A DNA stretch of 61,857 bases from Actinomycetes bacterium. Lineage in GTDB: Bacteria > Actinomycetota > Acidimicrobiia > Acidimicrobiales > JAKAVM01. Below, piece by piece: positions 48,924 through 58,549 of this stretch. The translations under genes were made by a program, and so were the position numbers. Below the pieces are notes generated by a model that saw nothing but the letters and a program-made list of their open reading frames with translations, did not search any database and was not told the DNA's origin. The stretch lies in the NCBI GenBank assembly GCA_021827485.1, contig JAKAVM010000067.1, forward strand, positions 1 to 61,857, read 5' to 3'. Every line of letters starts with the position of its first letter. Position 1 is the stretch's first letter.

Positions 48924-50195
48924 ATGGCTGAGTTTGTAGATCAGTCACAAATCCACGTCAAAGCTGGTAATGGAGGAGCGGGCTGTGTTTCCGTCCGAAG
49001 AGAAGCCCATGTTGCAAATGGTGGGCCCGATGGAGGAGATGGAGGAGATGGAGGGTCTGTCTGGCTGGTTGCCTCAAACTCGCAGTCGAGCCTTATTGGA
49101 TTCAAAGACCATCCATTTCGCAGAGCCGGGGATGGGGCGCACGGTAAGGGCAAGTCTAGACACGGCTCAAGAGGCCGTGACTTAGAAGTACAGGTTCCGG
49201 TCGGTACGGTGGTGAAAGATAGCGAAGGAAATACCTTAGCTGATCTTTCTGAGGTTGGGGCCCGTTTTCTTGCCGGAGAAGGTGGTCGAGGGGGCAAGGG
49301 CAATAGTCGCTTTGTTTCAAGGTCATGTAGAGCCCCTGGCTTTGCCGAGCAAGGCGAAATCGGAGAGGAGTTTTGGCTTCGTCTTGAGTTGAAGCTTATA
49401 GCGGATGTTGCAATTGTCGGTTTTCCTAATGCTGGTAAGAGTACGTTGATTTCAACAATTTCAGCAGCAAAACCGAAAGTCGCACCTTATCCTTTTACGA
49501 CACTAATTCCTCATCTCGGAGTTGTAAGGACGAACTTTGACGAAACAAGTAGCTCAGATTTTGTAATTGCAGATATACCGGGTCTTATCGAAGGAGCAAG
49601 TGAAGGCAAAGGTCTAGGCCTCGAATTTCTTCGCCACATCGAACGTGCCAGGGTACTGCTTTATCTATGTGATCTGTCGCCTATGGATTATGAAAATCCT
49701 AATAATCGTCCATCGACTCAACTAGAGGTTCTTCGGAAGGAGCTAAAGTCTTTTAAGGCCGAACTTGTTGAATTACCGTCAATTACAGTTGGATCTAAAT
49801 TAGATTCGGCCCTTTTCGACTTTTCAAGCGAAGGTCTCGATTTGGCAGTCTCCTCGGCAACCGGAGAAAATATTTCACTACTCACTAACCGTCTGGGTGA
49901 GTTAGTTGAAAGTGCCCGTAAGTCTCAAGGAACCTCCCCGACCCAAGAGGTTCTATATAGAATTCGTCCTCCAGAAATAGAAGTAATAAGGCGCGATGAC
50001 GCCAGTTTTGAAATTAGAGGAAAGGCTGCGCTGCGGGCAGTTGCAATTAGTGATTTCGATGCAATAGGTGCCAAGGAGTATGTTGCTCAACAACTCAAGA
50101 GTATTGGGGTTGATCTGGCTCTGCAAAGAGCTGGGGCAAGGGACGGAGACTACGTCTATATCGGTAATTTTACCTTTGTCTACGAGCAAGACTGA
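48924..50195 (+). CDS. obg: GTPase Obg/CgtA
   Basis: 423 aa. Gly-rich Obg fold (GGDGGDGGSV), G1 motif GFPNAGKST, and a C-terminal OCT-like domain. Confidence 0.94.
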   Translation: MAEFVDQSQIHVKAGNGGAGCVSVRREAHVANGGPDGGDGGDGGSVWLVASNSQSSLIGFKDHPFRRAGDGAHGKGKSRHGSRGRDLEVQVPVGTVVKDSEGNTLADLSEVGARFLAGEGGRGGKGNSRFVSRSCRAPGFAEQGEIGEEFWLRLELKLIADVAIVGFPNAGKSTLISTISAAKPKVAPYPFTTLIPHLGVVRTNFDETSSSDFVIADIPGLIEGASEGKGLGLEFLRHIERARVLLYLCDLSPMDYENPNNRPSTQLEVLRKELKSFKAELVELPSITVGSKLDSALFDFSSEGLDLAVSSATGENISLLTNRLGELVESARKSQGTSPTQEVLYRIRPPEIEVIRRDDASFEIRGKAALRAVAISDFDAIGAKEYVAQQLKSIGVDLALQRAGARDGDYVYIGNFTFVYEQD

Positions 50196-50221
50196 GCCCA
50201 AGTCGAATAAGATCGTAATAA

Positions 50222-51325
50222 ATGCTGATCGTTGTAAAAATAGGAAGTTCCTCGATAACTACCGATCTTGGTGAGGTTAACGAAACTGCAATTGCCAAAC
50301 TGTGCGCCGAAATCTCAGAACAGATTGGAAATGGAAACCAAATTGTAATTGTAACTTCAGGAGCGATTGCGGCCGGAGTTGAAGCTACCGGACAGTTCCG
50401 CAAGCGCCCAAGCGATATTGAGACTCTTCAAGCTATCGCTTCAGTCGGCCAGCCAAAGCTAATGCGAGTCTATGGCAAGTGGCTGGCGAGATTCGGGCTG
50501 GTTCTCGGGCAGATCTTGCTTGCGCCAAATGATTTTTCTGACAGGAGACAGTACTTACAAGCTCGAAAGACTATTGGTCGTCTTCTTGAACTTGGTGTTG
50601 TGCCAATAATCAATGAGAATGATGCAATTGCCGACGAAGAGATTCGCTTTGGGGATAACGATCGGCTTGCGGCACTTGTTGCTCACATGATCAAAGCTGA
50701 CCAACTAATCCTACTTACCGATACAGCTGGATTATACAGCGCTGATCACAGCTTCAACCGAAATGTATCGCTGATCGAAGAAATCCAGGAAATCAGCAAG
50801 GAACTCGAAGCTGTTGCTTCTTCAAGCGGCTCTGAAGTTGGAAGCGGAGGGATGGCTTCAAAGCTTGCAGCTGCGAAGATAGCATCGTGGTCTGGTATCA
50901 AGGTGGTTATATGCGACTCAAAAAGAAGTTCGGTATTGGCTGACGCAATTAGCGGCGCTGAGGGGGTGGGAACGATAGTACATCCAAGTGAGCGAAAGCT
51001 CAGCTCGCGTAAGTTATGGCTTGCTTTTGCAGTCGTGGCCAATGGGAAAATAATAATTGATCAGGGCGCAGCGACCGCGTTAATCGAGAGGGGCACCTCA
51101 TTGTTGCCTGCTGGTGTGACTGGGGCAGTTGGTGATTTTGAAAATCAAGACGCAGTAGAAATAGAAAGTACCCAAGGTCATCTCGTTGGACGAGGAATAG
51201 TTAATTGTTCCGCAAAACAGCTTGAATCAATATTAGGTAAGAAAACCTCCGATATTCAAGGAGACTTCCCTGAGGAAGTAGTCCATCGCGATAACATGGT
51301 GGTTTTTAGCGAGACTAACTCTTAG
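50222..51325 (+). CDS. proB: Glutamate 5-kinase (with PUA domain)
   Basis: 367 aa. VVKIGSSSIT, VTSGAIAAG, NENDAI, and C-terminal PUA (GRGIVNCSAKQL). Confidence 0.93.
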   Translation: MLIVVKIGSSSITTDLGEVNETAIAKLCAEISEQIGNGNQIVIVTSGAIAAGVEATGQFRKRPSDIETLQAIASVGQPKLMRVYGKWLARFGLVLGQILLAPNDFSDRRQYLQARKTIGRLLELGVVPIINENDAIADEEIRFGDNDRLAALVAHMIKADQLILLTDTAGLYSADHSFNRNVSLIEEIQEISKELEAVASSSGSEVGSGGMASKLAAAKIASWSGIKVVICDSKRSSVLADAISGAEGVGTIVHPSERKLSSRKLWLAFAVVANGKIIIDQGAATALIERGTSLLPAGVTGAVGDFENQDAVEIESTQGHLVGRGIVNCSAKQLESILGKKTSDIQGDFPEEVVHRDNMVVFSETNS

Positions 51326-52100
51326 GATAATCAGAGGTATCTAACACTTCACTGGGTGCGCTCGGGAGTTCTGGATTGAGCGGTAGGCCGATTTGCTTTC
51401 TTATCTCTTGGAGCTTTGCTTGTGCTTCCAACTGGATTTGAGTTTGTTCAAGTTCCATGAGTCCGCTGTCAAAGTGCAGGCCCTTGAGTTCTGATATTCC
51501 AAGAGCCCGTGCATATCTGGTTTCAATCTTTGACCTTACTTCTTCCAACGACGGCACGTCTTGACCACTTGACTCAGAAAGCGCCTCCATGGCGGCATTC
51601 ATCTGCTCTTGCATCCGAGCTTGATCTAGTTGAGATAGGAGTTTCTGCCTCTCGGTAAGCTTTGCTTGTAACGCCAATGCATTCGTTGAAACTGCTTGAC
51701 GAGCTTTCGACGCAGCTTCAGCAGATTGAAGTATAAGCGATTTGAGTGAATCAATCTCTTGCTCTTTGGCGACAATTCGATTGGCGAAAGCCTCAGCCGC
51801 TCGGGTCAGCTCCTGGGTTCTGGTGGCATCACCCTTTGCATTTGCGGCGTCAGCCATCATTATTGCTTGGCGAGCGGAGGCTGTAATCTTGCCAAGTTCT
51901 TCCATCGCCCGATTGAGTTTCAGTTCAGCTTGTTTGTGATTAGCAATTATGGTTGCTGCCTGTTCGGTCAGCTTGCGGTGCTGATCTTGGGCCTCAGCCA
52001 TGGCTTGTTCTAGCTGTACTTTGGGATCAGCTTTTTCGTTGAATTTGGAGTTAATGGATGCTTTGGCGTACTTCCACACTCTTCTGAGAATGGTGAGCAT
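51315..52100 (-). CDS. pspA: PspA/IM30-family protein
   Basis: 261 aa, all-helical coiled coil. N-terminal MLTILRRVWKYAKASINSKFNEKADPKVQLEQAMAEAQ is typical of PspA. It converges on proB with an 11-nt overlap. Confidence 0.85.
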   Translation of the reverse strand: MLTILRRVWKYAKASINSKFNEKADPKVQLEQAMAEAQDQHRKLTEQAATIIANHKQAELKLNRAMEELGKITASARQAIMMADAANAKGDATRTQELTRAAEAFANRIVAKEQEIDSLKSLILQSAEAASKARQAVSTNALALQAKLTERQKLLSQLDQARMQEQMNAAMEALSESSGQDVPSLEEVRSKIETRYARALGISELKGLHFDSGLMELEQTQIQLEAQAKLQEIRKQIGLPLNPELPSAPSEVLDTSDYPKS

Positions 52101-52144
52101 GAATACAGCCTACAACATAGCTGAGTCGAAGATCCGTTGAGTAA

Positions 52145-53338
52145 TTATGCAGTCAGTTCTTTGCCAACTATAGAAACAAAAGACACCATCTCACCTGGAT
52201 AACCGCCTAAATTATGTGTCATCGCCAACTTGCGATCCGAGACTATCTGCCTGGATTCGAGAGCTTGGCCTCGTAGCTGCAGCCAACACTCGAACATCAT
52301 GCGCAGTCCCGAAGCCCCAACCGGATGTCCGAAACTCTTCAGACCTCCATCTGGGTTAATCGGCAACTCTCCGTCCAAATCAAAAGTTCCCCCCAAGACT
52401 TCTTTCCAAGCACTACCTCTTGGGGCAAATCCCAGGTCTTCCATCAAGACCAACTCAGTCGGGGTGAAGCAGTCATGCACCTCTGCCATCATAAGTTGTG
52501 AGCGCGGGTCGGTAATGCCAGCTTGATTATAAGCATCATTTGCAGCTTTTTCGCATTCAGGAAAATGAGTGTAATCGTAGTTCGGATCGATCAGACCTGA
52601 GCCACTTCCTGCTGCAAACGAGAGTGACTTTATAAATATTGGCTTATCTGTATATTGAAAAGCATCTTGTGCCCTGACAACAATTGCGCATGCTGCTCCA
52701 TCAGCTACACCTGCACAATCAAATACCCCAAGGGTACCAGCGACTCTCGGAGATCCAAGGACAATCTCTGGAGTAATCTCTTTTTGAAATTGTGCACGAG
52801 GGTTTCTCGCTCCGTTTGCATGGTTCTTGACAGATATATGAGCCAGAACCTGAGACATCTCGTCTAGCGATACGCCATATTTGTTGCAGTATGCAGGGGC
52901 GACCATTGAAAACATTGCGGCAGCAGTCAAAGTTCTCTGCGTACCATCTCCAGGTATCGGGAATGCATTAAGCCCTTGGTAGCCCGAGTCCTTCACCTTC
53001 TCTGCGCCGACAGCCATTGCGATGTCATATGCGCCTGATGCCACGGCATAACAGGCCGCACGCAACGCTTCCGATCCGGACGTGCAGTAGTTCTCTACTC
53101 GGGTTACAGGCTTATTTGATATTTGAAGTGGGCGCGCAAGCGTGATCCCGCTCATGCCAGATTGAGCCGTACCTAACCAAAAAGCGTCTATCGCATCTTT
53201 GTTTATCTCAATCTCATTAAATGCTTGAAAGCAAGCATCAACAATCAAGTCATCTAAACTCTTGTCCCAGTGTTCGCCGAACTTTGTGCAACCCATCGAG
53301 ACAATGGCAACTTTGTCAGCTATGGAGTGTGAGCCCAT
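52145..53338 (-). CDS. SCP2/archaeal-type thiolase (thiolase-fold acyl-CoA C-acyltransferase)
   Basis: 397 aa. Nucleophile context VENYCTSGSEA, EVHDCFTPTE, FGHPVGASG, and C-terminal HNLGG (no second Cys). This pattern is typical of the thiolases that partner DUF35 proteins. Confidence 0.8.
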   Translation of the reverse strand: MGSHSIADKVAIVSMGCTKFGEHWDKSLDDLIVDACFQAFNEIEINKDAIDAFWLGTAQSGMSGITLARPLQISNKPVTRVENYCTSGSEALRAACYAVASGAYDIAMAVGAEKVKDSGYQGLNAFPIPGDGTQRTLTAAAMFSMVAPAYCNKYGVSLDEMSQVLAHISVKNHANGARNPRAQFQKEITPEIVLGSPRVAGTLGVFDCAGVADGAACAIVVRAQDAFQYTDKPIFIKSLSFAAGSGSGLIDPNYDYTHFPECEKAANDAYNQAGITDPRSQLMMAEVHDCFTPTELVLMEDLGFAPRGSAWKEVLGGTFDLDGELPINPDGGLKSFGHPVGASGLRMMFECWLQLRGQALESRQIVSDRKLAMTHNLGGYPGEMVSFVSIVGKELTA

Positions 53339-53339
53339 T

Positions 53340-54806
53340 TTAAGTTACCAAACGACCTTTCCAAAAATAATTATTTATTCCATCGGCAGTACCTAACTTG
53401 CGAAAAGTCATCTCTACCTCCATTCCAATTCCAACTTGTTCTGGTAAACAATCGGTCAACTCTACCGGGAAGCGACCTCCGTCTTCGAAGTCGATGATTG
53501 CAAATATAATTGGTGGACTAGGGGAATAGGCCAGGCGATCAATAGTGAAAGTGGCAATTTTCCCTCGGCTATTTGATTTTGAGATCAGGTCCATATCATC
53601 AATACTTCCACTGTCATAAGAGATACGTGACGGCGGCATGTGAACCGAGCTAGTCTTACGATCCACAGAAGCATCGAGGCTGTATTTCCATTGTCGAGAG
53701 CGCCAAGCTGCACTTGAGGATGTTCTTGAAGGCTCCGGGCGTTTCGGAGGCTCAAGATCGACCATTGATCGCCACGATAAGAACTTTGAGTAGCTAATTG
53801 CTTCTAAAGAATTGATTTGAATGTCTAGTGGCTTCAACGGACGATATGTTTCAACCGCTTTAGTTGTTCTAAAGAACATAACATCAGCTCCGTCTGCAAG
53901 ATGGAGCAAGGCGATTGTCTCAAATGGCTTAGCTTTTTCTAAAGCTGCGCACAGTATAATTGCCGGATGTGCGCTTCCACATTGACCTACAATGGTGCTT
54001 CGGTCATTCTCAATTTGCTCTTTACCCACTCCTAGCTTCTTTACAACTGCGGCTACCGCCCTAGTATGCATCCCAGTTGTTATTAATCGGTCTATCTTAT
54101 CAGGAGTTAATTCAAATTTCTTGCAGGCGAAATCGAACGCTTGGGTACCAATTTCCAAATATCGAAACTCTCCAAAACGCTCCTCCCAGGTCTTGCCGGT
54201 GGAACTTGAGGGCTCCCTCCAGCGGTCCAGGAACTCATCGCTGATCGAGTAGGAACCCAACAACTCGGCTAATACGGGATTATTGTCGGATTCTTCTCCG
54301 ATTAGAAATCCACAAGCTCCATCACCACCTAGTGATTCATCGCTAGAGGTGGGTAGGCCATTGCGGATATCGGATATTGCAACTAACACTGGGTTGTGAC
54401 TTGTACTTGTAAGCGCAAGTTTCAGAGTCCCGATACCAGAACGAAGTCCCCCGCATAAGTCGTAAGATCCACAATGGGTATCGAGGGACAACGCACAATG
54501 AATAGCACTCGCATTTGTCTTGTCAAGATATGCTGGATTAGTTGTAGAAAAGTAGACATCATCAACGGCACCGACATAAGAATGCCAGTCCGAACTTTTC
54601 GGGGATTGGCTGGTAGCTGAGTTAGAAGGCTGAGTTTTGTACAAGAGTGGACGCAGGGCCTCCACTGCCATCGTAGTTGTATCTTCGTCATGACCTGCAA
54701 CTGATCGGGTGCCCGAGCCACCTCCAGTACCAAAAAAAGTCCGGATCTCTTCCCTGGGTAATTTCCAATGGGGAAGATAGCTGGAATATCTGATGATGCC
54801 TCGCAT
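53340..54806 (-). CDS. Fusion protein: HMG-CoA-synthase/KAS-III-like thiolase-fold domain plus C-terminal DUF35 OB-fold domain
   Basis: 488 aa. N-terminal region IIRYSSYLP ... DEDTTTMAVEA ... YDLCGGLRSG (initiation-condensing-enzyme fold). C-terminal region KIATFTIDRLAYSPSPPIIFAIIDFEDGGRFPVELTDCLPEQVGIGMEVEMTF (DUF35 OB fold, with the zinc-ribbon cysteines apparently absent). Its stop lies one nt from the thiolase start. Confidence 0.65.
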   Translation of the reverse strand: MRGIIRYSSYLPHWKLPREEIRTFFGTGGGSGTRSVAGHDEDTTTMAVEALRPLLYKTQPSNSATSQSPKSSDWHSYVGAVDDVYFSTTNPAYLDKTNASAIHCALSLDTHCGSYDLCGGLRSGIGTLKLALTSTSHNPVLVAISDIRNGLPTSSDESLGGDGACGFLIGEESDNNPVLAELLGSYSISDEFLDRWREPSSSTGKTWEERFGEFRYLEIGTQAFDFACKKFELTPDKIDRLITTGMHTRAVAAVVKKLGVGKEQIENDRSTIVGQCGSAHPAIILCAALEKAKPFETIALLHLADGADVMFFRTTKAVETYRPLKPLDIQINSLEAISYSKFLSWRSMVDLEPPKRPEPSRTSSSAAWRSRQWKYSLDASVDRKTSSVHMPPSRISYDSGSIDDMDLISKSNSRGKIATFTIDRLAYSPSPPIIFAIIDFEDGGRFPVELTDCLPEQVGIGMEVEMTFRKLGTADGINNYFWKGRLVT

Positions 54807-55032
54807 TTCTAAGTATTTTACACTTTTTTGAGCTAACTTCCAAAGCTCTCAGAAGTGGTCCATCCACTGCTGACCAGGATATTTACACTAGATTAGTATT
54901 CAGCTACAATAGAAACTGGATAGATAGATACAATTCAGATAATCTGACGGTGTGTCAGAAACGCGACATTAAAGACTTACAATAATTCTATGAGAGTGGG
55001 ATCCCACCAATAAGAACGAAGGTTTTGAGAGC

Positions 55033-56214
55033 ATGAATTTCGAATTTTCTAAAGAACAGATGGCCTTTCTTGAGGAGGTCGAGCAGTTTCTGGATGCAAA
55101 TTTTGATCCAGAGGTATTTGATCCGACTAGGGAAAATATGGCCCAGATTGTCGATACTCCAAAAAGAAGAGAGTTCATGGCGAAGCTCGGCGAGAAGGGC
55201 TGGCTAGGTATTACTTGGCCCCAGGAGTATGGCGGTAAAGATGGCGATGGAGTCTATGAGTACTTGCTAAATGAAGCCCTTGCTAGGAGAGGGGGACCGC
55301 AGATTGGTAAAGGGGTTGGAATTATCGGCAAGACATTAATTCGTCACGGTTCCGATAAGCTCAAAGCTGAATTTCTTCCCAAGATACTTCGCAATGAAGT
55401 TGAGTTTGCTGTGGGTTACTCGGAACCCAACGCGGGTTCCGATGCCGCATCAATGCAGCTTCGGGCCACCAGGGAAGGTAATGGTTGGTTGCTCAATGGT
55501 CAGAAAACTTGGACCACCTCAGCACATTTTGCTGAGTGGTACTGGGTTGGGGCAAGAACTGACCCAAGTGTTCCTAAACATAATGGAATAACACTCTTTC
55601 TCGTCCCCTTGAATCATCCCAACATTACCATAAAACCTATTTGGACTATGGGCGATGAGAGAACCAACGAGGTATATCTTGATGATGTATGGGTTTCCGA
55701 CGACTATGTTGTTGGAGAATTAAATAAAGGATTTCAATATATATCTGAAGCGCTCGACTTAGAACGTTTTACGATGTTTACATATTCGCCGATTGAAGAG
55801 AGACTTAATTTGCTAATCGATTGGGCAAAGTCAGCCCAAATCGACGGGAAGCCAGTTAGGAACGATATGCTTGTACGTCAAGAAATAGCTCAACTTGCTA
55901 CTGAAGTGGAAGTCGCCCGAGTTATCGGACTTCGCTTTGTGCATGAATCTTCCAAGGGGGGTGCGGCACCGACTAGCTGGGCATCAGAATATAAACTTTT
56001 TGCTACTGAGCTCTCAAAAAGGCTGGCGAATAGCTCGATGGATCTTGCAGGCCCTTCTACTCAGCTTCGGGTAAAGACCTTGGAGGCGCCCATGGAAGGG
56101 AGATCTGAATCAACTTATCGTTACACTGTTATTGATACGATCGGTGGCGGAGCATCGGAAATTCAGAAAAATATCATTGCACGACGCAAGCTAGGCTTGC
56201 CAAAGAACTTCTAG
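55033..56214 (+). CDS. Acyl-CoA dehydrogenase family protein
   Basis: 393 aa. MNFEFSKEQMAFLEEV, YSEPNAGSDAASM, WTTSAHFAEW, and C-terminal GGGASEIQKNIIARR (Gly where MCAD-type enzymes carry the YEG catalytic Glu). Confidence 0.85.
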   Translation: MNFEFSKEQMAFLEEVEQFLDANFDPEVFDPTRENMAQIVDTPKRREFMAKLGEKGWLGITWPQEYGGKDGDGVYEYLLNEALARRGGPQIGKGVGIIGKTLIRHGSDKLKAEFLPKILRNEVEFAVGYSEPNAGSDAASMQLRATREGNGWLLNGQKTWTTSAHFAEWYWVGARTDPSVPKHNGITLFLVPLNHPNITIKPIWTMGDERTNEVYLDDVWVSDDYVVGELNKGFQYISEALDLERFTMFTYSPIEERLNLLIDWAKSAQIDGKPVRNDMLVRQEIAQLATEVEVARVIGLRFVHESSKGGAAPTSWASEYKLFATELSKRLANSSMDLAGPSTQLRVKTLEAPMEGRSESTYRYTVIDTIGGGASEIQKNIIARRKLGLPKNF

Positions 56215-56224
56215 AAAGACCTAA

Positions 56225-57394
56225 ATGGTAGAGCAGGGATTTTTGGATGGGGTCAGAGTACTAGACCTTTCCTTGGTTGGACCAGCTTCGAGGGCAACAC
56301 GGCTTCTAGCTGATTATGGAGCAAGGGTAATTAAAATTATGCCTGTCTCCAGTTCGACTGCTCAGCCAATAGTTCCTGCATTCTACGCATATTCGGCAAG
56401 CCGATATATGGAGCGTATTGCTATTGATCTAAAGGCGAGAGAGGGCAAGCAAGTTTTTCTTGAGTTAGCTAAGTCAGCCCATGTAATTGTTGAGAGCTTT
56501 CGTCCAGGGGTCACTCACCGGCTTGGAATTGATTTTGAAAGTACTAGAGTTATCAATGACAAGATTATTTACTGCTCTACAAGTGGATATGGCCAATATG
56601 GTGAGCGTTCTAGTTGGGTGGGACATGACATCAACTATTTGGCTACAGGTGGATTTCTTGGTATGTCACAACCGGCTGCCAAAGGAGCCCCCGGGATGCC
56701 TGGCATCACAATTGCTGATGGCGCCGCGGGAGGGATGCAGGCGGCAATTGCAATAATGGGAGCGCTGTATAGAAGCTCTCGAAACCCAATTCCCGTGTAC
56801 TTAGATATATCGGTGACCGATGGTGTATTATGGCTTGCGTCTTTGTTGATTGATGAGCACCTCGCAATTTCAAGTGATCCTCATTTTGGTCATGACGTTC
56901 TTAGTGGTAGGTACGCATGTTACGGGGTCTATCAGACCTTAGACAACAAATGGCTAGCAATTGGTGCAATTGAAGCCAAGTTCTTTGCCAATCTGTGCAA
57001 GGCTATTGGCTGTGACCAATGGATTGGACACCAATTTGACGAGGCTAGCCAAGAGTTAATTAAAACAGATTTTGAGAACGCTTTTGTGGCTAAGACTCGT
57101 CAAGAGTGGATTGAAGTATTAGCTGCAAATGAGACGTGTGTATCTCCCGTACTTGAGATAGCCGAAATCTGCAACGATGATGCATTACAGGCCAGAGGGG
57201 CTTTCAATGAGGTCGTGACGAGAGACGGCGAGAAGTTTCGCCAGCTAGCTCCTCTTTTTGGCGGGATGAGACACTCAGTGGAGCCAGTGAGCATATCTGA
57301 AGCTAGCGAATTTAATACCCGCAGTATCCTTGCCGAGATTGGTATGTCCCAAGAAGCAATCGACCAACTAATTCAAGCAAACGTAGTCCAATGA
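56225..57394 (+). CDS. Family III CoA-transferase (CaiB/BaiF/alpha-methylacyl-CoA-racemase family)
   Basis: 389 aa. LDGVRVLDLSLVGPASRATRLLADYGARVIKI, VESFRPGV, and ITIADGAAG. Confidence 0.85.
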   Translation: MVEQGFLDGVRVLDLSLVGPASRATRLLADYGARVIKIMPVSSSTAQPIVPAFYAYSASRYMERIAIDLKAREGKQVFLELAKSAHVIVESFRPGVTHRLGIDFESTRVINDKIIYCSTSGYGQYGERSSWVGHDINYLATGGFLGMSQPAAKGAPGMPGITIADGAAGGMQAAIAIMGALYRSSRNPIPVYLDISVTDGVLWLASLLIDEHLAISSDPHFGHDVLSGRYACYGVYQTLDNKWLAIGAIEAKFFANLCKAIGCDQWIGHQFDEASQELIKTDFENAFVAKTRQEWIEVLAANETCVSPVLEIAEICNDDALQARGAFNEVVTRDGEKFRQLAPLFGGMRHSVEPVSISEASEFNTRSILAEIGMSQEAIDQLIQANVVQ

Positions 57395-57891
57395 ATAATA
57401 TCAGCGAGCTAAAGGAATTAATCGGAGTTGCTCAGTATCGACAACAAGGTGAATTTGATGTTGAACGCGGATACATTTGGACAACCTTGGCATCGGTAGA
57501 AAACGGTAATCCTCTCTACTGGGATAATGAACTTGCACGCGAACTAGCGGGTGGTAATATAGCTCCTCCCACGATGTTGTCGGTATGGTTCAGGCCACAT
57601 TATTGGGCACCAGGGCGTGTTCAACAGGTGTTGCCACTCCAAGTTCACTTTGATCTCAAGGAGAAACTCAACCTTCCAGAAGCCGTCATGACCTCAAATA
57701 CCATGGTATTTTACGAGCCAGTTAGGATTGGCGACCGATTGACAACTCAACAAGTTCTCAGGTCAATAAGTGATGAGAAACAAACTAAGTTAGGGACTGG
57801 TCGATTTTGGGATATTGACGTTGAGTACGAGAATCAAAATAGGGAGTTAGTGGGAGTTGAGTCTTACACCGGATTTGGATATAGAAAATGA
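57391..57891 (+). CDS. MaoC-N-type hotdog protein (hydratase subunit)
   Basis: 166 aa with a hotdog-fold pattern (PPTMLSVW ... GDRLTTQQVLRSISDEKQTKLGTGRFWDIDVEYEN). ATGA overlap with the CoA-transferase gene. Confidence 0.7.
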   Translation: MNNISELKELIGVAQYRQQGEFDVERGYIWTTLASVENGNPLYWDNELARELAGGNIAPPTMLSVWFRPHYWAPGRVQQVLPLQVHFDLKEKLNLPEAVMTSNTMVFYEPVRIGDRLTTQQVLRSISDEKQTKLGTGRFWDIDVEYENQNRELVGVESYTGFGYRK

Positions 57892-57910
57892 TTGCTTCTA
57901 CGAATAAAAT

Positions 57911-58432
57911 ATGTCGCCTGCCTTGGACCGCAGTTCAATGAAACCTATAAGCAGCCAATTTCAAGAGCGCTTATTTGGAGGTGTCAAGATAGGCGATGAA
58001 CTTCCGCAATTGAGCTATAAAGTTACGGCTACCACTGTAATACTCGGGGCACTGGCTTCCCGAGATTGGCGTCCAATGCACCATGATAAGGATTTTGCCA
58101 TTGAGCGTAACGGCGTCAAAGATATTTTTATGAACACGCCAAATCAAGCAGCTTGGTTTGAGAGGTATATAACTGATTGGAGTGGTCCCAAAGGACGCCT
58201 AGGGCGAATGAAGTTTCAGATGAAGGGCTCAGTTTTTCCAAATGATGAAATGACTTTCTTTGGAAAGGTTACCGATCGGTGCGCGGACGAGTGCGGTTGC
58301 GGATGGATAACACTCGACATCGAGCTTCGTGTCATGGACGAACTGAAAACTAGTTGTCAGGCAAGAATTGCCTTGCCAGCAGACGATGACGACAATCCGT
58401 GGAAGAAAGGAAGACAAGATTGGAAACCTTAG
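57911..58432 (+). CDS. MaoC-like (R)-specific enoyl-CoA hydratase subunit
   Basis: 173 aa. ASRDWRPMHHDKDFA (hydratase motif), followed by a hotdog beta-sheet region. Confidence 0.75.
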   Translation: MSPALDRSSMKPISSQFQERLFGGVKIGDELPQLSYKVTATTVILGALASRDWRPMHHDKDFAIERNGVKDIFMNTPNQAAWFERYITDWSGPKGRLGRMKFQMKGSVFPNDEMTFFGKVTDRCADECGCGWITLDIELRVMDELKTSCQARIALPADDDDNPWKKGRQDWKP

Positions 58433-58441
58433 AGGCTCGAC

Positions 58442-58535
58442 TAGTTATTCCAGAGTTTCGCCAAGTGGCGGGTACTTTATTAGACCCCTTAGTTATTCCA
58501 GAGTTTCGCCAAGTGGCGGGTACTTTATTAGACCC
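58442..58535. repeat. Perfect 46-bp tandem duplication (period 48 bp) between the MaoC-like gene and the second ACAD gene
   Basis: tagttattccagagtttcgccaagtggcgggtactttattagaccc at 58442-58487 and again at 58490-58535. Each copy holds a small CGCC-aagt-GGCG hairpin. Confidence 0.95.
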
Positions 58536-58549
58536 ACTGAACAGAGTAG

